A DNA stretch of 64,000 nucleotides. Source: a bacterium. Lineage in GTDB: Bacteria > UBA8248 > JACPRG01 > G963555815. The stretch's first letter is position 1; each line of letters starts with the position of its first letter. Below, piece after piece: positions 25,590-36,178 of the stretch. The translations under genes and the position numbers were made by a program. The stretch lies in NCBI GenBank assembly GCA_965261595.1, contig CBDHDG010000006.1, forward strand, positions 1,632,001-1,696,000, given 5' to 3'. The notes under the pieces were generated by a model, which saw only the letters and a list, made by a program, of their open reading frames with translations, searched no databases and was not told the DNA's origin.

Positions 25590-25621
25590 TAATAAATAAG
25601 GTTTTTCACCTCCCATGTCAA
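25590..25621 (-). promoter_or_regulatory. Candidate promoter for the V/A-ATPase genes
   Basis: Minus-strand TTGACA (25621-25616) with an AT-rich TTATTTATTAA 16-17 bp downstream. The -10 element is imperfect. Confidence 0.45.
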
Positions 25622-25690
25622 TGATTTTTCGCCCCCGGAGCTCCATGTCCCCGGTGGTCGATTCAATCGCGAAACCCGCATGCGCCCGGG

Positions 25691-26560
25691 TCAGGGATTC
25701 AGGATGTCAACGAGCCTTATCAGGTCATCATTTGTATAATATTCGAATATGATTCGTCCGGATTTCTCTGTCCCGTTGATCGAGACCTTCGTTCCATACT
25801 TCCACTTAAGCCCCTCCTCCGCGCGGCTCAGATGGACATCACGCGGGGAAGCCGGTTTTTTCTTCGCGGGTCTTTGGGGGGCGCTCACCAGGGCCTCCGC
25901 CTCCCTGACCGAGAGACCCCTGGACTTGATGCGCTCGGCGAGAGCCATCTGGGCTTTGGGCGTCGCAAGGGTGAGGATCGCGCGGGCGTGGCCGGCCGAC
26001 AGGGCGCCGGCGATGATATCACCCTGGATATATTTCGGTAACTTCAATAATCTCAAAGAGTTAGATATAGTCGAGCGGTCTTTCCCGACCTTTCGCGCCA
26101 CCTCTTCCTGCGAGAGATGGAAGTCGTCGGTGAGACGGAGATATGCCTTGGCCTCTTCGATGGAGTTGAGATCCTCCCGTTGGAGGTTTTCGATGATGGC
26201 AACCTCCATGACCGTCCGGTCGTCAACGTTTTTGATGATGGCCGGGACGGTTTCGAGGCCGGCCAGCTTCGCCGCCCTCCAGCGCCGCTCACCCGCGATG
26301 ATCTCATATCCGGAACCGGGCAAAGGGCGCAGGATCAAGGGTTGGATGACGCCTCCCGCCTTGATGGAATCCGCAAGCTGGGCGAGGGCGTCTTCATCGA
26401 ACCGGCGGCGGGGCTGATGCGCGCCAGGGCGGACTTTGGCCAGGGGAACCTTGGCGATTGTCCGGCCGGCGGGGGTCTCGGCCGCGACCGCTTCCGAAAC
26501 CGGCGGCGAGGCTTCGGGGATCAACGCGGCCAAGCCCTTCCCCAATCGTTTTTTTTCCAT
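25691..26560 (-). CDS. parB: Chromosome partitioning protein ParB
   Basis: LGKGLAALI, IAGERRWRA and ENLQREDL motifs plus an HTH. Confidence 0.97.
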   Translation of the reverse strand: MEKKRLGKGLAALIPEASPPVSEAVAAETPAGRTIAKVPLAKVRPGAHQPRRRFDEDALAQLADSIKAGGVIQPLILRPLPGSGYEIIAGERRWRAAKLAGLETVPAIIKNVDDRTVMEVAIIENLQREDLNSIEEAKAYLRLTDDFHLSQEEVARKVGKDRSTISNSLRLLKLPKYIQGDIIAGALSAGHARAILTLATPKAQMALAERIKSRGLSVREAEALVSAPQRPAKKKPASPRDVHLSRAEEGLKWKYGTKVSINGTEKSGRIIFEYYTNDDLIRLVDILNP

Positions 26561-26644
26561 GGTTTCCCTTCCCTCCCCCTCCTCATTGGGGGGCGTGACG
26601 GAATTCAGGCGGCCGGCGGTTTCTCCGTGCCGGAGAGCGCCCCA

Positions 26645-27406
26645 TCAACCATTGGCGATGACCTCCCCCGCGAGCCTCAGATAGGCGGCCGCGCCGGTGG
26701 AGTTGATATCGTAGAGGATGATGGGCTGCCCGTGGCTTGGGGCCTCGCTCAGTCTGACGTTTCGGGGAACAACGGTGTCGAAGATGCGCCCCTGAAAGTT
26801 TTGCCTTACGTCATCGGCAACCTGTCTGGCGAGGGAAGTGCGTCCGTCGAACATCGTCAGGAGGACGCCTTCCATCGTGAGACCGGGATTGAAGCCCTGT
26901 TGTACAAGCGATACGGTATGGCTGAGTTTTGAGAGGCCCTCAAGGGCGTAATACTCGCACTGGAGGGGGATGATGAGGGAATTCGCCGCGACCAGCGCGT
27001 TCAGGGTGAGCAGGCCGAGGGAGGGCGGGCAATCGATGAGGATGTAACGGTAACGCCCGGTCAGGGGCTTGATGGCTTCGAGGAGGCGGAACTCGCGGCT
27101 CTGGGTTTGCACGAGCTCCATCTCCGCACCGGTCAGGTCGATTCCCGACGGGATGAGGTGGAGGTGTTCGAGGGCCGTGGGCCGGACGACGGATTCGGCG
27201 GAGCGCCCGCCGACCACCAGGGCGTTCGAGCCGCCTTCCGTCCCCGGGTCTTCGCACCCCAGACCGCTGGTCGCGTTCCCCTGGGGGTCGAAGTCGACGA
27301 GGAGGGTCTTTCGCTCGGCGGCGGCGAGACAGGCGGCGAGGTTCACGGCTGTTGTGGTCTTTCCGACCCCGCCCTTCTGGTTGACGATGGCTACCGTCCT
27401 GGCCAT
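26645..27406 (-). CDS. parA: ParA/Soj ATPase
   Basis: NQKGGVGKTT, DPQGN, DCPPSLG and RLSEAPSHG motifs. Confidence 0.98.
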   Translation of the reverse strand: MARTVAIVNQKGGVGKTTTAVNLAACLAAAERKTLLVDFDPQGNATSGLGCEDPGTEGGSNALVVGGRSAESVVRPTALEHLHLIPSGIDLTGAEMELVQTQSREFRLLEAIKPLTGRYRYILIDCPPSLGLLTLNALVAANSLIIPLQCEYYALEGLSKLSHTVSLVQQGFNPGLTMEGVLLTMFDGRTSLARQVADDVRQNFQGRIFDTVVPRNVRLSEAPSHGQPIILYDINSTGAAAYLRLAGEVIANG

Positions 27407-27426
27407 TGCTCTCCAAGGTCCCCGAT

Positions 27427-27442
27427 TGTTTCACGTGAAACG
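27427..27442. promoter_or_regulatory. parS site
   Basis: TGTTTCACGTGAAACG matches the consensus TGTTTCACGTGAAACA at 15/16 positions and lies just upstream of parA. Confidence 0.9.
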
Positions 27443-28123
27443 ATCGGCCCCGTGTCCCAAAGACATGATCCGGTCGCCTTCAAGCTCAACGAGGCCCCTC
27501 ATAAAAGCGCCGCATTCATCCAGCGCGCCCCGGGCGGTCTCCAACTCCGCGGCGACCTTTCTTCCCTGACGGATCAGGAGCTTCCCCTCAGGGGCCAACA
27601 ATCGCCACACCATCGGCGTCAAAACCCCGACCGCCGCGACCGCCCTGGACAAGATTGCATCATATCCGCCGAGATGTCCACCCCGATCTTCCTCCGACTC
27701 CCCGGCCGCGCGATCCAGCCCCAGGCGCTCGAACCGCCCGTGAATCACCCGAAAATCCCCGACGCCCACCTCCCGAACCGCCTGTTTCAAAAACGCCGCC
27801 TTACGGCCTCCCGATTCCACGAGCGTCATCCGGATTCCGGGAAACAGCACGCCGATCGGGATTCCGGCAACGCCGGCCCCCGCGCCGACATCCAGGGCCT
27901 CCTCCCCGTCCAGCGGGCCCCAAAGGCCCAGGAAATCGAGAGACTCGGGCAAAAGACGCCCGGCTATCCCAACGGGATCGAGGACGCCGGTCAGGCGCAC
28001 CGCGGGGTTCCATTTGTTCAAGAGCGCGACGTAGGCCGACAAGGCGGCCACTTGAGAATCGTCGAGAGGGAAACCCCGGCGGGCGAAGGAGGATGCAAGG
28101 GCCTCGCGGACTTCAGGGTTCAT
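27431..28123 (-). CDS. rsmG: 16S rRNA m7G527 methyltransferase
   Basis: LLNKWN, LDVGAGAGVAG, RKAAFL and SRAV motifs; between mnmG and parA. Confidence 0.9.
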   Translation of the reverse strand: MNPEVREALASSFARRGFPLDDSQVAALSAYVALLNKWNPAVRLTGVLDPVGIAGRLLPESLDFLGLWGPLDGEEALDVGAGAGVAGIPIGVLFPGIRMTLVESGGRKAAFLKQAVREVGVGDFRVIHGRFERLGLDRAAGESEEDRGGHLGGYDAILSRAVAAVGVLTPMVWRLLAPEGKLLIRQGRKVAAELETARGALDECGAFMRGLVELEGDRIMSLGHGADRFT

Positions 28124-28338
28124 GAAACCCGGATAAGGCGAAACGAGAACCCATCGAAGCGATAAGCCGTCATGGTCATGTCTCGTCAATGGGTTTGTGT
28201 TTCGGGTGCGCGTACGGGAGTCAACCGACTCACCCCCCCCCCCCCCCCCCCAAGGGCAGAATGCCGGATCCACCGGTTCGGCGGCAAGGACGGCAAGCCG
28301 GGGTTTTCAAGCGGGCGGGGCGGGCAGAATGCCGGCCT

Positions 28339-30249
28339 TCAAGCCGCTGACCGCCGGAGCCGCTCGAGGTGAACCATCAAAAGACCAATGGCGGAAGGCG
28401 TGACGCCGGAGATGCGGCCGGCCTGTCCGAGCGTCCGGGGGCGAATCCTGTCCAGTTTCTCCTTCACTTCGGCCGATAACCCGCGAACTTCTTTATACTC
28501 AAAAGCTTCTGGGATTTCCCGGTCTTCGAGGCCCCGGGCGCGCTCGACCTGCCGCTCTTGCCTGGCGATGTATCCCTCATACTTTATGGCAATCTCGACC
28601 CGCTCCCCAATGTCGCCGGTAGGTGACTCATCTCCTTCGCAAGGGGCTTCACCTACCGCTCCCGAGGCCGGGGGCCCGAGCGCCCTGACGGCTTCGTAAT
28701 TCAGCTCGGGCCGTTTCAACAGGTCGGCAAGCGACGAGGGGGTGTGGATGGGCGATGTCCCGAGGCCCTCCAGCGCGAGATTCAACTCCGGCGTAGGCGT
28801 CACGCGGGCCATCCTGAGACGTTTGATTTCATTCTCGACGGCCGCGCGCTTTCGGCAAAACCGCGCGTGGTCTTCATCGCACACCAGGCCGGCCGCGTGT
28901 CCAACGTCGCACAGCCGCGCGTCGGCGTTGTCATTTCGGAGGAGAAGCCGGAATTCGGCGCGGGAGGTGAACATCCGGTAGGGCTCATTCGTCCCCTTGG
29001 TCACGAGGTCGTCGATGAGGACGCCGATGTATGCCTGGTCTCTGCGGAGAACAAGCGGCTCTCTTCCCTGAACGGACAGCGCGGCATTGATTCCCGCCAT
29101 GAGCCCCTGGGCCGCCGCCTCTTCGTAGCCCGTTGTCCCGTTCAACTGCCCGGCGTGGTAGAGGCCCCGGACCCGTTTGGTTTCAAGTGTGGGGCGGAGT
29201 TGCGTCGGCGGGACGAAATCGTATTCCACGGCATAGCCGGGCTTGGTCAGCTCGGCCCGCTCCAGTCCGGGGATCGTCCTGATGAACTCGCACTGGGTTT
29301 CCTCGGGCAGGCTGGTCGAGACGCCGTTTGGATAAATCTCGTCGGTGTCCAGGCCCTCGGGCTCCAGGAATATCTGGTGGGCGGTTTTCTCCGCGAACCG
29401 GACGACCTTGTCCTCGATGGAGGGGCAATACCGGGGTCCGACTCCTACGATGGTGCCCGAGTAGAGCGGCGAGTTCGCCATGTTTTTTCGGATGACCGCG
29501 TGCGTCCGCTCATTGGTGTACGTGAGGTGACAGGGGACTTGCTCCCTGTCGATCCGCCGGGTGGAATAGGAGAACGGCGGCGGCGGCTCGTCCCCCGGCT
29601 GAACATCAAGCCTTGCAAAATCAATGGTTTTCCCATCCAGCCGCGGCGGCGTCCCGGTCTTGAGGCGGCCGATCTCGAAACCTTTCGCCTTCAAGGCTTC
29701 CGACAGCCCCAGCGCTGCCGGATCCCCCATCCGTCCCGCGCGGACCCGCTCGAAGCCGATGTGGATCAGGCCGTTCAGGAAGGTTCCGGGCGTCAGAACG
29801 ACTGTTCTGCCGTAGACCTCCTCGCCCGCGTCCGTCAGGACGCCCCGGACTTCATCCCCCCCCCCTTCCACCAGGACGTCCACGGCCATTCCCCGTTTGA
29901 GAGCAAGACCCGGCTCCTCCCTCAAAACCCGGCCGGCGTGTGAACGATAGAGGGCGCGATCCGCCTGGGCGCGAAGGGCGCGGACGGCCGGGCCTTTCCG
30001 CGTGTTGAGCATCCGGAACTGGATCCCGGTGGCGTCGATCATCTTCGCCATCGCCCCGCCCAGGGCGTCGATCTCCCGAACCAGGTGCCCCTTGGCAATC
30101 CCGCCGATGGCCGGGTTGCAAGACATTTGGCCGATCCGCTCCAGGTCGCCCGTAAGCATGAGCGTATCGGCGCCCATCCGCGCCGCGGCCAGGCAGGCTT
30201 CGATTCCCGCGTGCCCCGCGCCGATGACGATGACATCGTAAGTCCGCAT
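28339..30249 (-). CDS. mnmG: tRNA uridine 5-carboxymethylaminomethyl modification enzyme
   Basis: [26 protein letters not shown] and [13 protein letters not shown] motifs. Confidence 0.99.
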   Translation of the reverse strand: MRTYDVIVIGAGHAGIEACLAAARMGADTLMLTGDLERIGQMSCNPAIGGIAKGHLVREIDALGGAMAKMIDATGIQFRMLNTRKGPAVRALRAQADRALYRSHAGRVLREEPGLALKRGMAVDVLVEGGGDEVRGVLTDAGEEVYGRTVVLTPGTFLNGLIHIGFERVRAGRMGDPAALGLSEALKAKGFEIGRLKTGTPPRLDGKTIDFARLDVQPGDEPPPPFSYSTRRIDREQVPCHLTYTNERTHAVIRKNMANSPLYSGTIVGVGPRYCPSIEDKVVRFAEKTAHQIFLEPEGLDTDEIYPNGVSTSLPEETQCEFIRTIPGLERAELTKPGYAVEYDFVPPTQLRPTLETKRVRGLYHAGQLNGTTGYEEAAAQGLMAGINAALSVQGREPLVLRRDQAYIGVLIDDLVTKGTNEPYRMFTSRAEFRLLLRNDNADARLCDVGHAAGLVCDEDHARFCRKRAAVENEIKRLRMARVTPTPELNLALEGLGTSPIHTPSSLADLLKRPELNYEAVRALGPPASGAVGEAPCEGDESPTGDIGERVEIAIKYEGYIARQERQVERARGLEDREIPEAFEYKEVRGLSAEVKEKLDRIRPRTLGQAGRISGVTPSAIGLLMVHLERLRRSAA

Positions 30250-30661
30250 GCGTCGATTTCCTTTCCCCGGCCCCGGGAATTCGCCAGCCCCGGATCAACC
30301 GAGAAGGTTTTCGTCGATTCGATCCCCTCCTATTTTATCCCCCTCCGGACGGTTTGCCAGCCCGGGGGTCTCGCCGCGGCCCTTGCCGAATCACCCTCCG
30401 ACATTCGATACAACGAATTGCGAGACCCTCCGCTATGCCCTGAATTTCAGGTCAATGATAAATCACTCGGAGTGCGCGGAAGAAGAAAATGATGACCAAG
30501 AAACGGGGGGCCCTCCCTGTTGGCGGGGACGCCCGTAAAAATGACGAGATAAACTGGGGCCGGCCCTAAAGGAGAGAGGGTGGTTTTGCCGATGACATAT
30601 ACAAGGGTGATCTACAAAACTGAGGCCAGGCAGGCGAGACGCTCGTCCAGCGGGAGCTCGC

Positions 30662-31219
30662 ATGAACGTTAAATTCCAGGATGTCTTCACAGACCAGGAT
30701 GACTTCGAAAGGTACGAGGCGCAATTCCATGGGGAGGCCGCCCGGATGGAAGAGGCGATCCGGCTCCAGAAGATGGTGTACGCGGCCCGAATCCGGGAGG
30801 TCGGGCGGCGCTCCAGAAAGCTCAACATCCTTGTGGTGGAAGATTCCAGCGAGGCGCGCAGACTCGTCTGTGGAATCCTTCGCAATCTTGGCCTCGGCCG
30901 GCCCGTGTCCCCGATTGAGGCGGAAAACGGGAGGGAGGCCTTGTCGGTTCTCGGCATGAGGCCCGTGGACGTTATCCTGTCGGATTGGCGGATGCCTGAG
31001 ATGGGCGGACTGGAGATGCTCAAGGAAATCCGTGAAAAGAAGAACCTGAAGGACATTCCGGTCATCATGCTGACGGCCGTCGCCGAGAAGGACGAGATCA
31101 TCGAGTCCATTCAAGCGGGCACGACGGAGTACCTCCTGAAACCTTTCACGATTGAAGACCTCCAGGACAAAATCAGCTCCGTCCTCCGATTGGCCGAAAG
31201 CGCGAAACAAGGATCCTAG
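30662..31219 (+). CDS. CheY-like response regulator with a ~55-aa N-terminal extension
   Basis: ILVVED, SDWRMPEMGG, MLTA and LLKPF motifs. Confidence 0.88.
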   Translation: MNVKFQDVFTDQDDFERYEAQFHGEAARMEEAIRLQKMVYAARIREVGRRSRKLNILVVEDSSEARRLVCGILRNLGLGRPVSPIEAENGREALSVLGMRPVDVILSDWRMPEMGGLEMLKEIREKKNLKDIPVIMLTAVAEKDEIIESIQAGTTEYLLKPFTIEDLQDKISSVLRLAESAKQGS

Positions 31220-31304
31220 ACGGGTTTCATTCACCCGAAGCCGTCGAGCCGACTTGACCTTTCCGGTGCGTTGACCCATTCAGCCCCTCGACAGGACTTT
31301 CGAA

Positions 31305-31673
31305 ATGGCGAAGATCCTGGTTGTCGATGACGAAATCGAGAGTCGCGAGCTTTTGTCTGAATTCCTGACCATGCGGGGTTTTGAAGTCGAGACGGCATCG
31401 CGGGGGAGCGTCGCGCTCGAGAAGATCGCGGCCGGCCCGCCCAATTTGGTGCTCCTGGACGTTCGGATGCCGGGGATGAACGGCCTTCAAATCCTCAAAG
31501 CGGCCAAAGCCCTGCACCCCGACCTGGGGGTGATCATGGTCTCGGCCGTTCTCGACGGGGCGATCGCCCGGGAGGCGATGAAACTGGGCGCCTACGATTA
31601 CATCACCAAGCCCATCGACATTAATTATCTGGCCACCAAAGTGATACCGACATTCCTGGCGCTGATTGGGTGA
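31305..31673 (+). CDS. Single-domain response regulator
   Basis: ILVVDDE, LLDVRMPGMNG and YITKP motifs. Confidence 0.93.
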   Translation: MAKILVVDDEIESRELLSEFLTMRGFEVETASRGSVALEKIAAGPPNLVLLDVRMPGMNGLQILKAAKALHPDLGVIMVSAVLDGAIAREAMKLGAYDYITKPIDINYLATKVIPTFLALIG

Positions 31674-31683
31674 GAGAGCTTCG

Positions 31684-31883
31684 AGAATTAAAGGGACGCC
31701 ATATCTAACCGCATGGCGAAAAGGGGGGCATAAGGGGATATAAGCATGGTGTCCCCGTAACTCCTTCTACGTGAGACAAACAAATGCCGGGCGAGGACGT
31801 TCGGCCGAAGCCTACCAGCCCCCGCCCGGGGAATTAAGGGGGGGGGGGGGGGGGGGGATTAAGGGGACACCATACTTAATTCC
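31684..31883. repeat. Cluster of REP-like AATTAAGGGGACACCAT motifs with a G20 run
   Basis: Degenerate copy at about 31684, inverted copy at 31741-31764, partial copy at about 31829, full copy at 31858-31883. Confidence 0.7.
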
Positions 31884-31951
31884 TTTCCCCCGCTCTAGGG
31901 TTTTGTTGGACACTCGATTGATCCATGATTCATGGAGAAAGGGGTGTCGCG

Positions 31952-32338
31952 ATGAACGAACAAAAGCAAGAGGGGGCTTTGGCGGAGGGCGCCCGCAGGG
32001 CGAACGGAGCCAAGGCCCCAGGGCATCGCAGTGAGCGGGGTCGGTTCTCCTGCCAGCGCAAGCGGGAGGCGGTCCTGCGTCTTTTGCGGGGCGAGAGCCT
32101 GGAGACGCTCTGCCGCGAGTTGGGCACGACAGCGGCTCGGCTTTCCGCCTGGCGCGAGGCGTTCCTTCGCGGGGGCGAGGCGGCGCTCAAAGCCCGCCCG
32201 GCGGATGAGCGGGCCGAGGAGAACGCCCGGCTCAAGGCCAAGGTGGGCGAACTCACGATGGAGGGCGAGGTCCTGCGGGAGAAGATCGACCGCCTGGAGG
32301 CCGGCCGCCCTTTAGCCGGCAGGAGGTGGAGGCGATGA
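31952..32338 (+). CDS. IS3-family transposase OrfA
   Basis: KREAVLRLLRGE HTH and LKAKVGEL zipper. Possible CCCTTT slippery site at about 32308. Confidence 0.85.
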   Translation: MNEQKQEGALAEGARRANGAKAPGHRSERGRFSCQRKREAVLRLLRGESLETLCRELGTTAARLSAWREAFLRGGEAALKARPADERAEENARLKAKVGELTMEGEVLREKIDRLEAGRPLAGRRWRR

Positions 32339-33243
32339 GTCAGGCCCGCTTCACCTCCACGGGCAGAGCCTACGGCCTGAAGCGGGTGTGCGCCCTTTGG
32401 GGCTTGGCGCGCTCCACGGTCTACGCGCAACGGCGGCGAGAGGCGGTCCCCGTTCATGAACGCCCCACGCCCAATAAGCGCGGCCCTGTGGGCCCGTGCA
32501 CCGATGCGGAACTCCTCGGCCACATCCGACAGGTCCTGGAGGACTCTCCCTTCCATGGCGAGGGCTACCGCAAGGTGTGGGCGAGGCTGCGCTTCGCGGG
32601 CATCCGCACCAGCAAGGAGCGGGTGCGTCGCCTGATGCGGGAGGCGGGGCTTCAGGCCCCCCACCGGGTGGGCAAACCCCGAGGTCCCAAGGCCCACAAC
32701 GGGACCATCCGCACCGAGCGGCCCGACCGAATGTGGGGCACGGACATGACGACGACGGTGACCACCGAGGAGGGGGTGGCCTCGGTGGTCGTGGCGGTGG
32801 ATCACTGCTCGGTGGACTGCGTGGGGATCCATGCGGCCAAGAGCGGCAACCGCTTCGAGGCCCTGGAGCCGATCCGGCAGGGGGTCGCCGAGCGCTTCGC
32901 CGGCTTGGAGGCGGACGTCGCCGAGGGGCTTAAAGTTCGTCACGACCACGGCCCCGCCTATCTGTCCGATGACTTTCAGCGGGAGATCGCCTACCTGGGC
33001 ATGACCAGTTCGCCCAGCTTCGTGCGGGCGCCCGAGGGAAATGGCTACTGTGAGTGGTTTATCCGCATCTTGAAGGAGAATCTCCTGTGGGTGCGCTCTT
33101 TCGCCACCGTAGAGGAACTGCGGTGGGCGCTGCTTGAGTTCAAGAACCTGTACAACCATCATTGGATTCTCGAGGGCTACGGCTACCGAACGCCGGCCCA
33201 GGCAAGGCAGGAAAAACTCGCTCAAGTTGCGGAGGCCGCATGA
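32335..33243 (+). CDS. IS3-family transposase OrfB (rve integrase core)
   Basis: GYRKVW, WGTD, HDHG and PEGNG motifs; ATGA overlap with orfA. Confidence 0.9.
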   Translation: MSQARFTSTGRAYGLKRVCALWGLARSTVYAQRRREAVPVHERPTPNKRGPVGPCTDAELLGHIRQVLEDSPFHGEGYRKVWARLRFAGIRTSKERVRRLMREAGLQAPHRVGKPRGPKAHNGTIRTERPDRMWGTDMTTTVTTEEGVASVVVAVDHCSVDCVGIHAAKSGNRFEALEPIRQGVAERFAGLEADVAEGLKVRHDHGPAYLSDDFQREIAYLGMTSSPSFVRAPEGNGYCEWFIRILKENLLWVRSFATVEELRWALLEFKNLYNHHWILEGYGYRTPAQARQEKLAQVAEAA

Positions 33244-33301
33244 GGTCGAATACCCTCACCCGAGTGTCCAATAACCCAGGGGCGGTCCACCTTAGTCGAA
33301 A

Positions 33302-33378
33302 GTAGCGCGGAGGCCTTAGCCTCCGCTGGTTTTCGATCCAGCGTGGCATTTGGGCGGAGGCTGAAGCCTCCGCGCTAC
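33302..33378. repeat. GTAG-type REP inverted doublet (REPIN-like)
   Basis: GTAGCGCGGAGGCCTTAGCCTCCGC (33302-33326) and inverted GCGGAGGCTGAAGCCTCCGCGCTAC (33354-33378), each with an internal hairpin. Confidence 0.8.
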
Positions 33379-33391
33379 ACCTTCTCGAGGT

Positions 33392-33462
33392 GGATTATGG
33401 GGGCGCCACACATAAATCGCAGAAACAAGTATGGTGTCCCCCTAATTACCCTAATTACCCCT
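33392..33462. repeat. REP-like ATGGTGTCCCC motif pair
   Basis: GGATTATGGGGGCGCCAC, then AAGTATGGTGTCCCC followed by a duplicated CTAATTACC. Confidence 0.65.
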
Positions 33463-35237
33463 CCCCGGCCCCCCGATCGCCCTTTATCCCGCAAGGAGGT
33501 GCACCATGTGGGACGCCGAAACCGTGGCCGAATCCATCCCGAGCCGACTTCTCCCACTCCGCCTCCGTAGGCAAACGCTTCCCCACCGACTCGCAATAAT
33601 CCAGCGCCTGAGTCCACGTCACCCCCACCACAGGCTGGTGGTCGCCGTTGAACTTCGTGCCGTAGTCCTTCTCCGGTTTTCCGAACTTCCGGAACCGGGC
33701 GTTCGTCACCGGATACTTGTCGATGTAGAAGGCGTCCAGGTCGATGCGCCGCTGAGGGACCTCCCGATCGAACCACTCTTTCTTGACCCAACTGTCTTTC
33801 TTCTTGGCCTCCCGGTACGCCGCCTCGGCTTGTCGGGGCGTCGATCCCCGAATGAACCGGCCCGCGGGGACCCTGACCATCGCGTCCAGGCCAGTGCCGA
33901 TCTGTTGGGGGACGCCGGGCGCTACGGCTACGCGGGGAGGTTCGGACTTGCGAGAGGCCGGGCGGGTACGGAGCCCCGCCCCTACATTTTTCTTCAGGGC
34001 GGCGAGGCGCTTTTTCGTCTCCTCGATCCGTCTGCGCTTCGCTTCGAGGCTCTTCCGCTCGGCCTCCAGCCGCTCCCGCTCCAGGCGGGTCTCCTCGGCG
34101 TCGAGGTTTCGGCGCTCGGCTTCGAGCTTCGCGCGCATCCCGGCCAGGCTTTCCCTTTCGCGCGCCGCCGCTCCCCGGCCTATCCCCGGCGCGGTGAAGA
34201 CGAACTGGCCGACCCCTTCCATCTTGGCGAAGATCGGCGTCTGCTTTCCCTGGGTTATCGCCGTCACCTGCCCCTGGACGTACGCCGCAAGCTCCATCGC
34301 CGTCAGGACACCGTCCCGGGGACTCACGTCCGCCTCGCCGTCCAGGCTCTCCAGGAGCCGCCGGGTGAATAGGCCGTGCCCCGCCTCATCCCACGCCCGC
34401 TGGTCCCGGTCCCCCGCCGTGAGGACCTGACGGAGCCGGCCCCGCGTGAGGCGCGAGACGGTCTCGGCCCGGTAAGGCTTGGGGCGTCTCCCGGGCGGCC
34501 ATGAGGCCCGGGAAACAGGCGTCGATGGCGAAGAAGACGTGCTTGGCGGGGATGGCCCGGGCCATGTCGCGCACCTGGTTCATGGGAATCCCCGTCGCTA
34601 GAAGAGCCTCAACCGTCCCATCCACCGGGATGAGATACCCCATCCGCCCGCCGGACGGCAGGTCGAGCGTCGTCCCGTGGCCCGCGAAGAAGATGAACAC
34701 CCGATCGTTGGGCTTCGTGTTCAGGCGCAAGTGGTCGAAAGCCCGCCGGACGGCGAGGCCCGTGGCCCCCTCGTCCTCAAGGAGCGTGATGCGGTTTCGC
34801 GGAAAGCCGATCTTCACGAGGGCGGACACGACGGACCGGGCGTCGTTGACGGCGTAGTTGAGACGGAGGGATTGCTTCCTGTAACGGTTGATCCCGACGA
34901 CGAGCGCCCAGGAGTCGCCATAGGGCCGGGCGGCCAAGGGGGCGGAACCCGAGGGGACGACGCCGATGGATCGCTTCCCCGAGACCTCGACGAGGGACTT
35001 GAAGACCCAGCCCTCCTGTCCCGTTTCCAGAAGGACCTTGAACCAATCGCCTTGGCGGGCCTCGACGTCGAACTTCTGTCCCCGGCGGACCTTGCCGATC
35101 ACGTCATGCGTGTCGCCCGGCCCCGAGCGGACGTTGCCCCGCCCCACCTGGACGGTCAACGACTGGGCAAAAAGCGCCGAGGCGAGAAAAATCACCCCCA
35201 GAATGGAAAACCCCGCGACGCGCGGGAAGAGCTTCAC
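33455..35237 (-). pseudogene. Secreted SH3 + caspase-like (peptidase C14) + coiled coil + SUMF1/FGE-domain protein; frameshift near 34480, 3' end truncated
   Basis: Signal peptide; NVRSGPG...GWV (SH3b); ALVVGINRY, FAGHG and DAC (caspase His/Cys dyad). GHGLFT and the FGE motifs YPVTN, PVVGVTW and RLPTEAEWEKSAR follow in another frame, then similarity stops abruptly. Confidence 0.8.
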
Positions 35238-35270
35238 GCCAGACCCCTCTATCCGACTATCTATCATCCT

Positions 35271-36178
35271 CGTATTTATATACTTGACACAGACGACCAC
35301 AACATGTAGGTCGCGCCCGCGTCTCGGCTGACCACAAGATGTAGGGGCATGCTTCCATCGATCCGTTTCCAGAAGATGCGCTCTATCAGATCGTTCGGTT
35401 TCATTGATCGATAAAATCCACGCGCTGAATATCGCCCTTTTCATTGAAGTGTAAAAACAACTTTTTGTTTATATGCAATGTGTTGTTGGTTTTTCCTTTT
35501 CTTCCGTACTTAAACTCAAATTCAAGACCGCCCTCAAAAACGCCGCTTCTCTTCTGCTCTATAGGATATGTAGTGATCGTCAAACCACCCCATCCCTCCT
35601 GCAGGGATGGTATAGCTATTCTTGGCATATGGCTCTTTTGTCGGGTACAACTTATCAAATGTTGAGACGACATTTACAACCTCAAATGTCACCGGGAAAA
35701 GAGCTTTGTTGTTAAACGTAGCACCAATCCGCAGTGATTTTACTACACCAGCTTTGTCGATTATTCTGTCAGTTCTCACACTATGAAAGTTAAGCATATC
35801 CGCAACTCTATTACGATACCGCCATTCGCTGAATCGCAACAATCCCATAGAGGAAACTGAAAACAGAATGACCGCTCCAACATATAGGTTGAACAACTGG
35901 ATATGTTGCGCAAAACCGATCGTGACGCCAGCCGCCGTGACCGCAATGGGCCATATCCAGCTCCGCAGTAATTCACCCGCCAAAAAGAGGGCGACTTTGC
36001 GAAGCCAATTGAGCATGATTCAGTCATTGTATGATCCCTCTTCGGTTGAGTCAAGCGCATAATTGCGAATCCAACTCCACCATGACTTGAGTTGAAGCAT
36101 GCCCCTACATCTTGTGGTCAGCCGAGACGCGGGGACGATCTACATGTTGTGGTCGTCTGCGTCAAGTACATAATTCCG
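35271..36178. mobile_element. Non-autonomous IS1595-like cassette with ~85-bp terminal inverted repeats and an AT-rich passenger gene
   Basis: 35276-35355 matches the reverse complement of 36094-36173 with about 5 mismatches. The outer end CGGAATTATGTACTTGAC resembles the IS1595 end CGGAATTATGCCCTTGAC at 59646. No transposase and no target duplication. Confidence 0.75.
35401..36016 (-). pseudogene. Passenger hypothetical protein with 2 N-terminal TM helices (~205 aa if the frameshift near 35565 is corrected)
   Basis: ORF 35534..36016 appears to continue in frame 35401..35673 (PIEQKRSGVFEGGLEFEFKYG...). GC content is visibly lower than the flanks. Confidence 0.6.

Larger units (their letters stand above)
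31886..33289 (+). mobile_element. IS3-family insertion sequence
   Basis: Shared inverted core TTGGACACTCG (31906-31916 and 33261-33271). Right end finishes in CA; left boundary is approximate. orfA/orfB layout. Confidence 0.8.

Noticed and set aside
30250..30661. Possible ncRNA or c-di-GMP riboswitch upstream of the response regulators
   Set aside because: No convincing consensus motif seen by eye.
33455..33800. FGE domain as the target of a diversity-generating retroelement in this window
   Set aside because: No reverse transcriptase and no template/variable repeat pair in the window.
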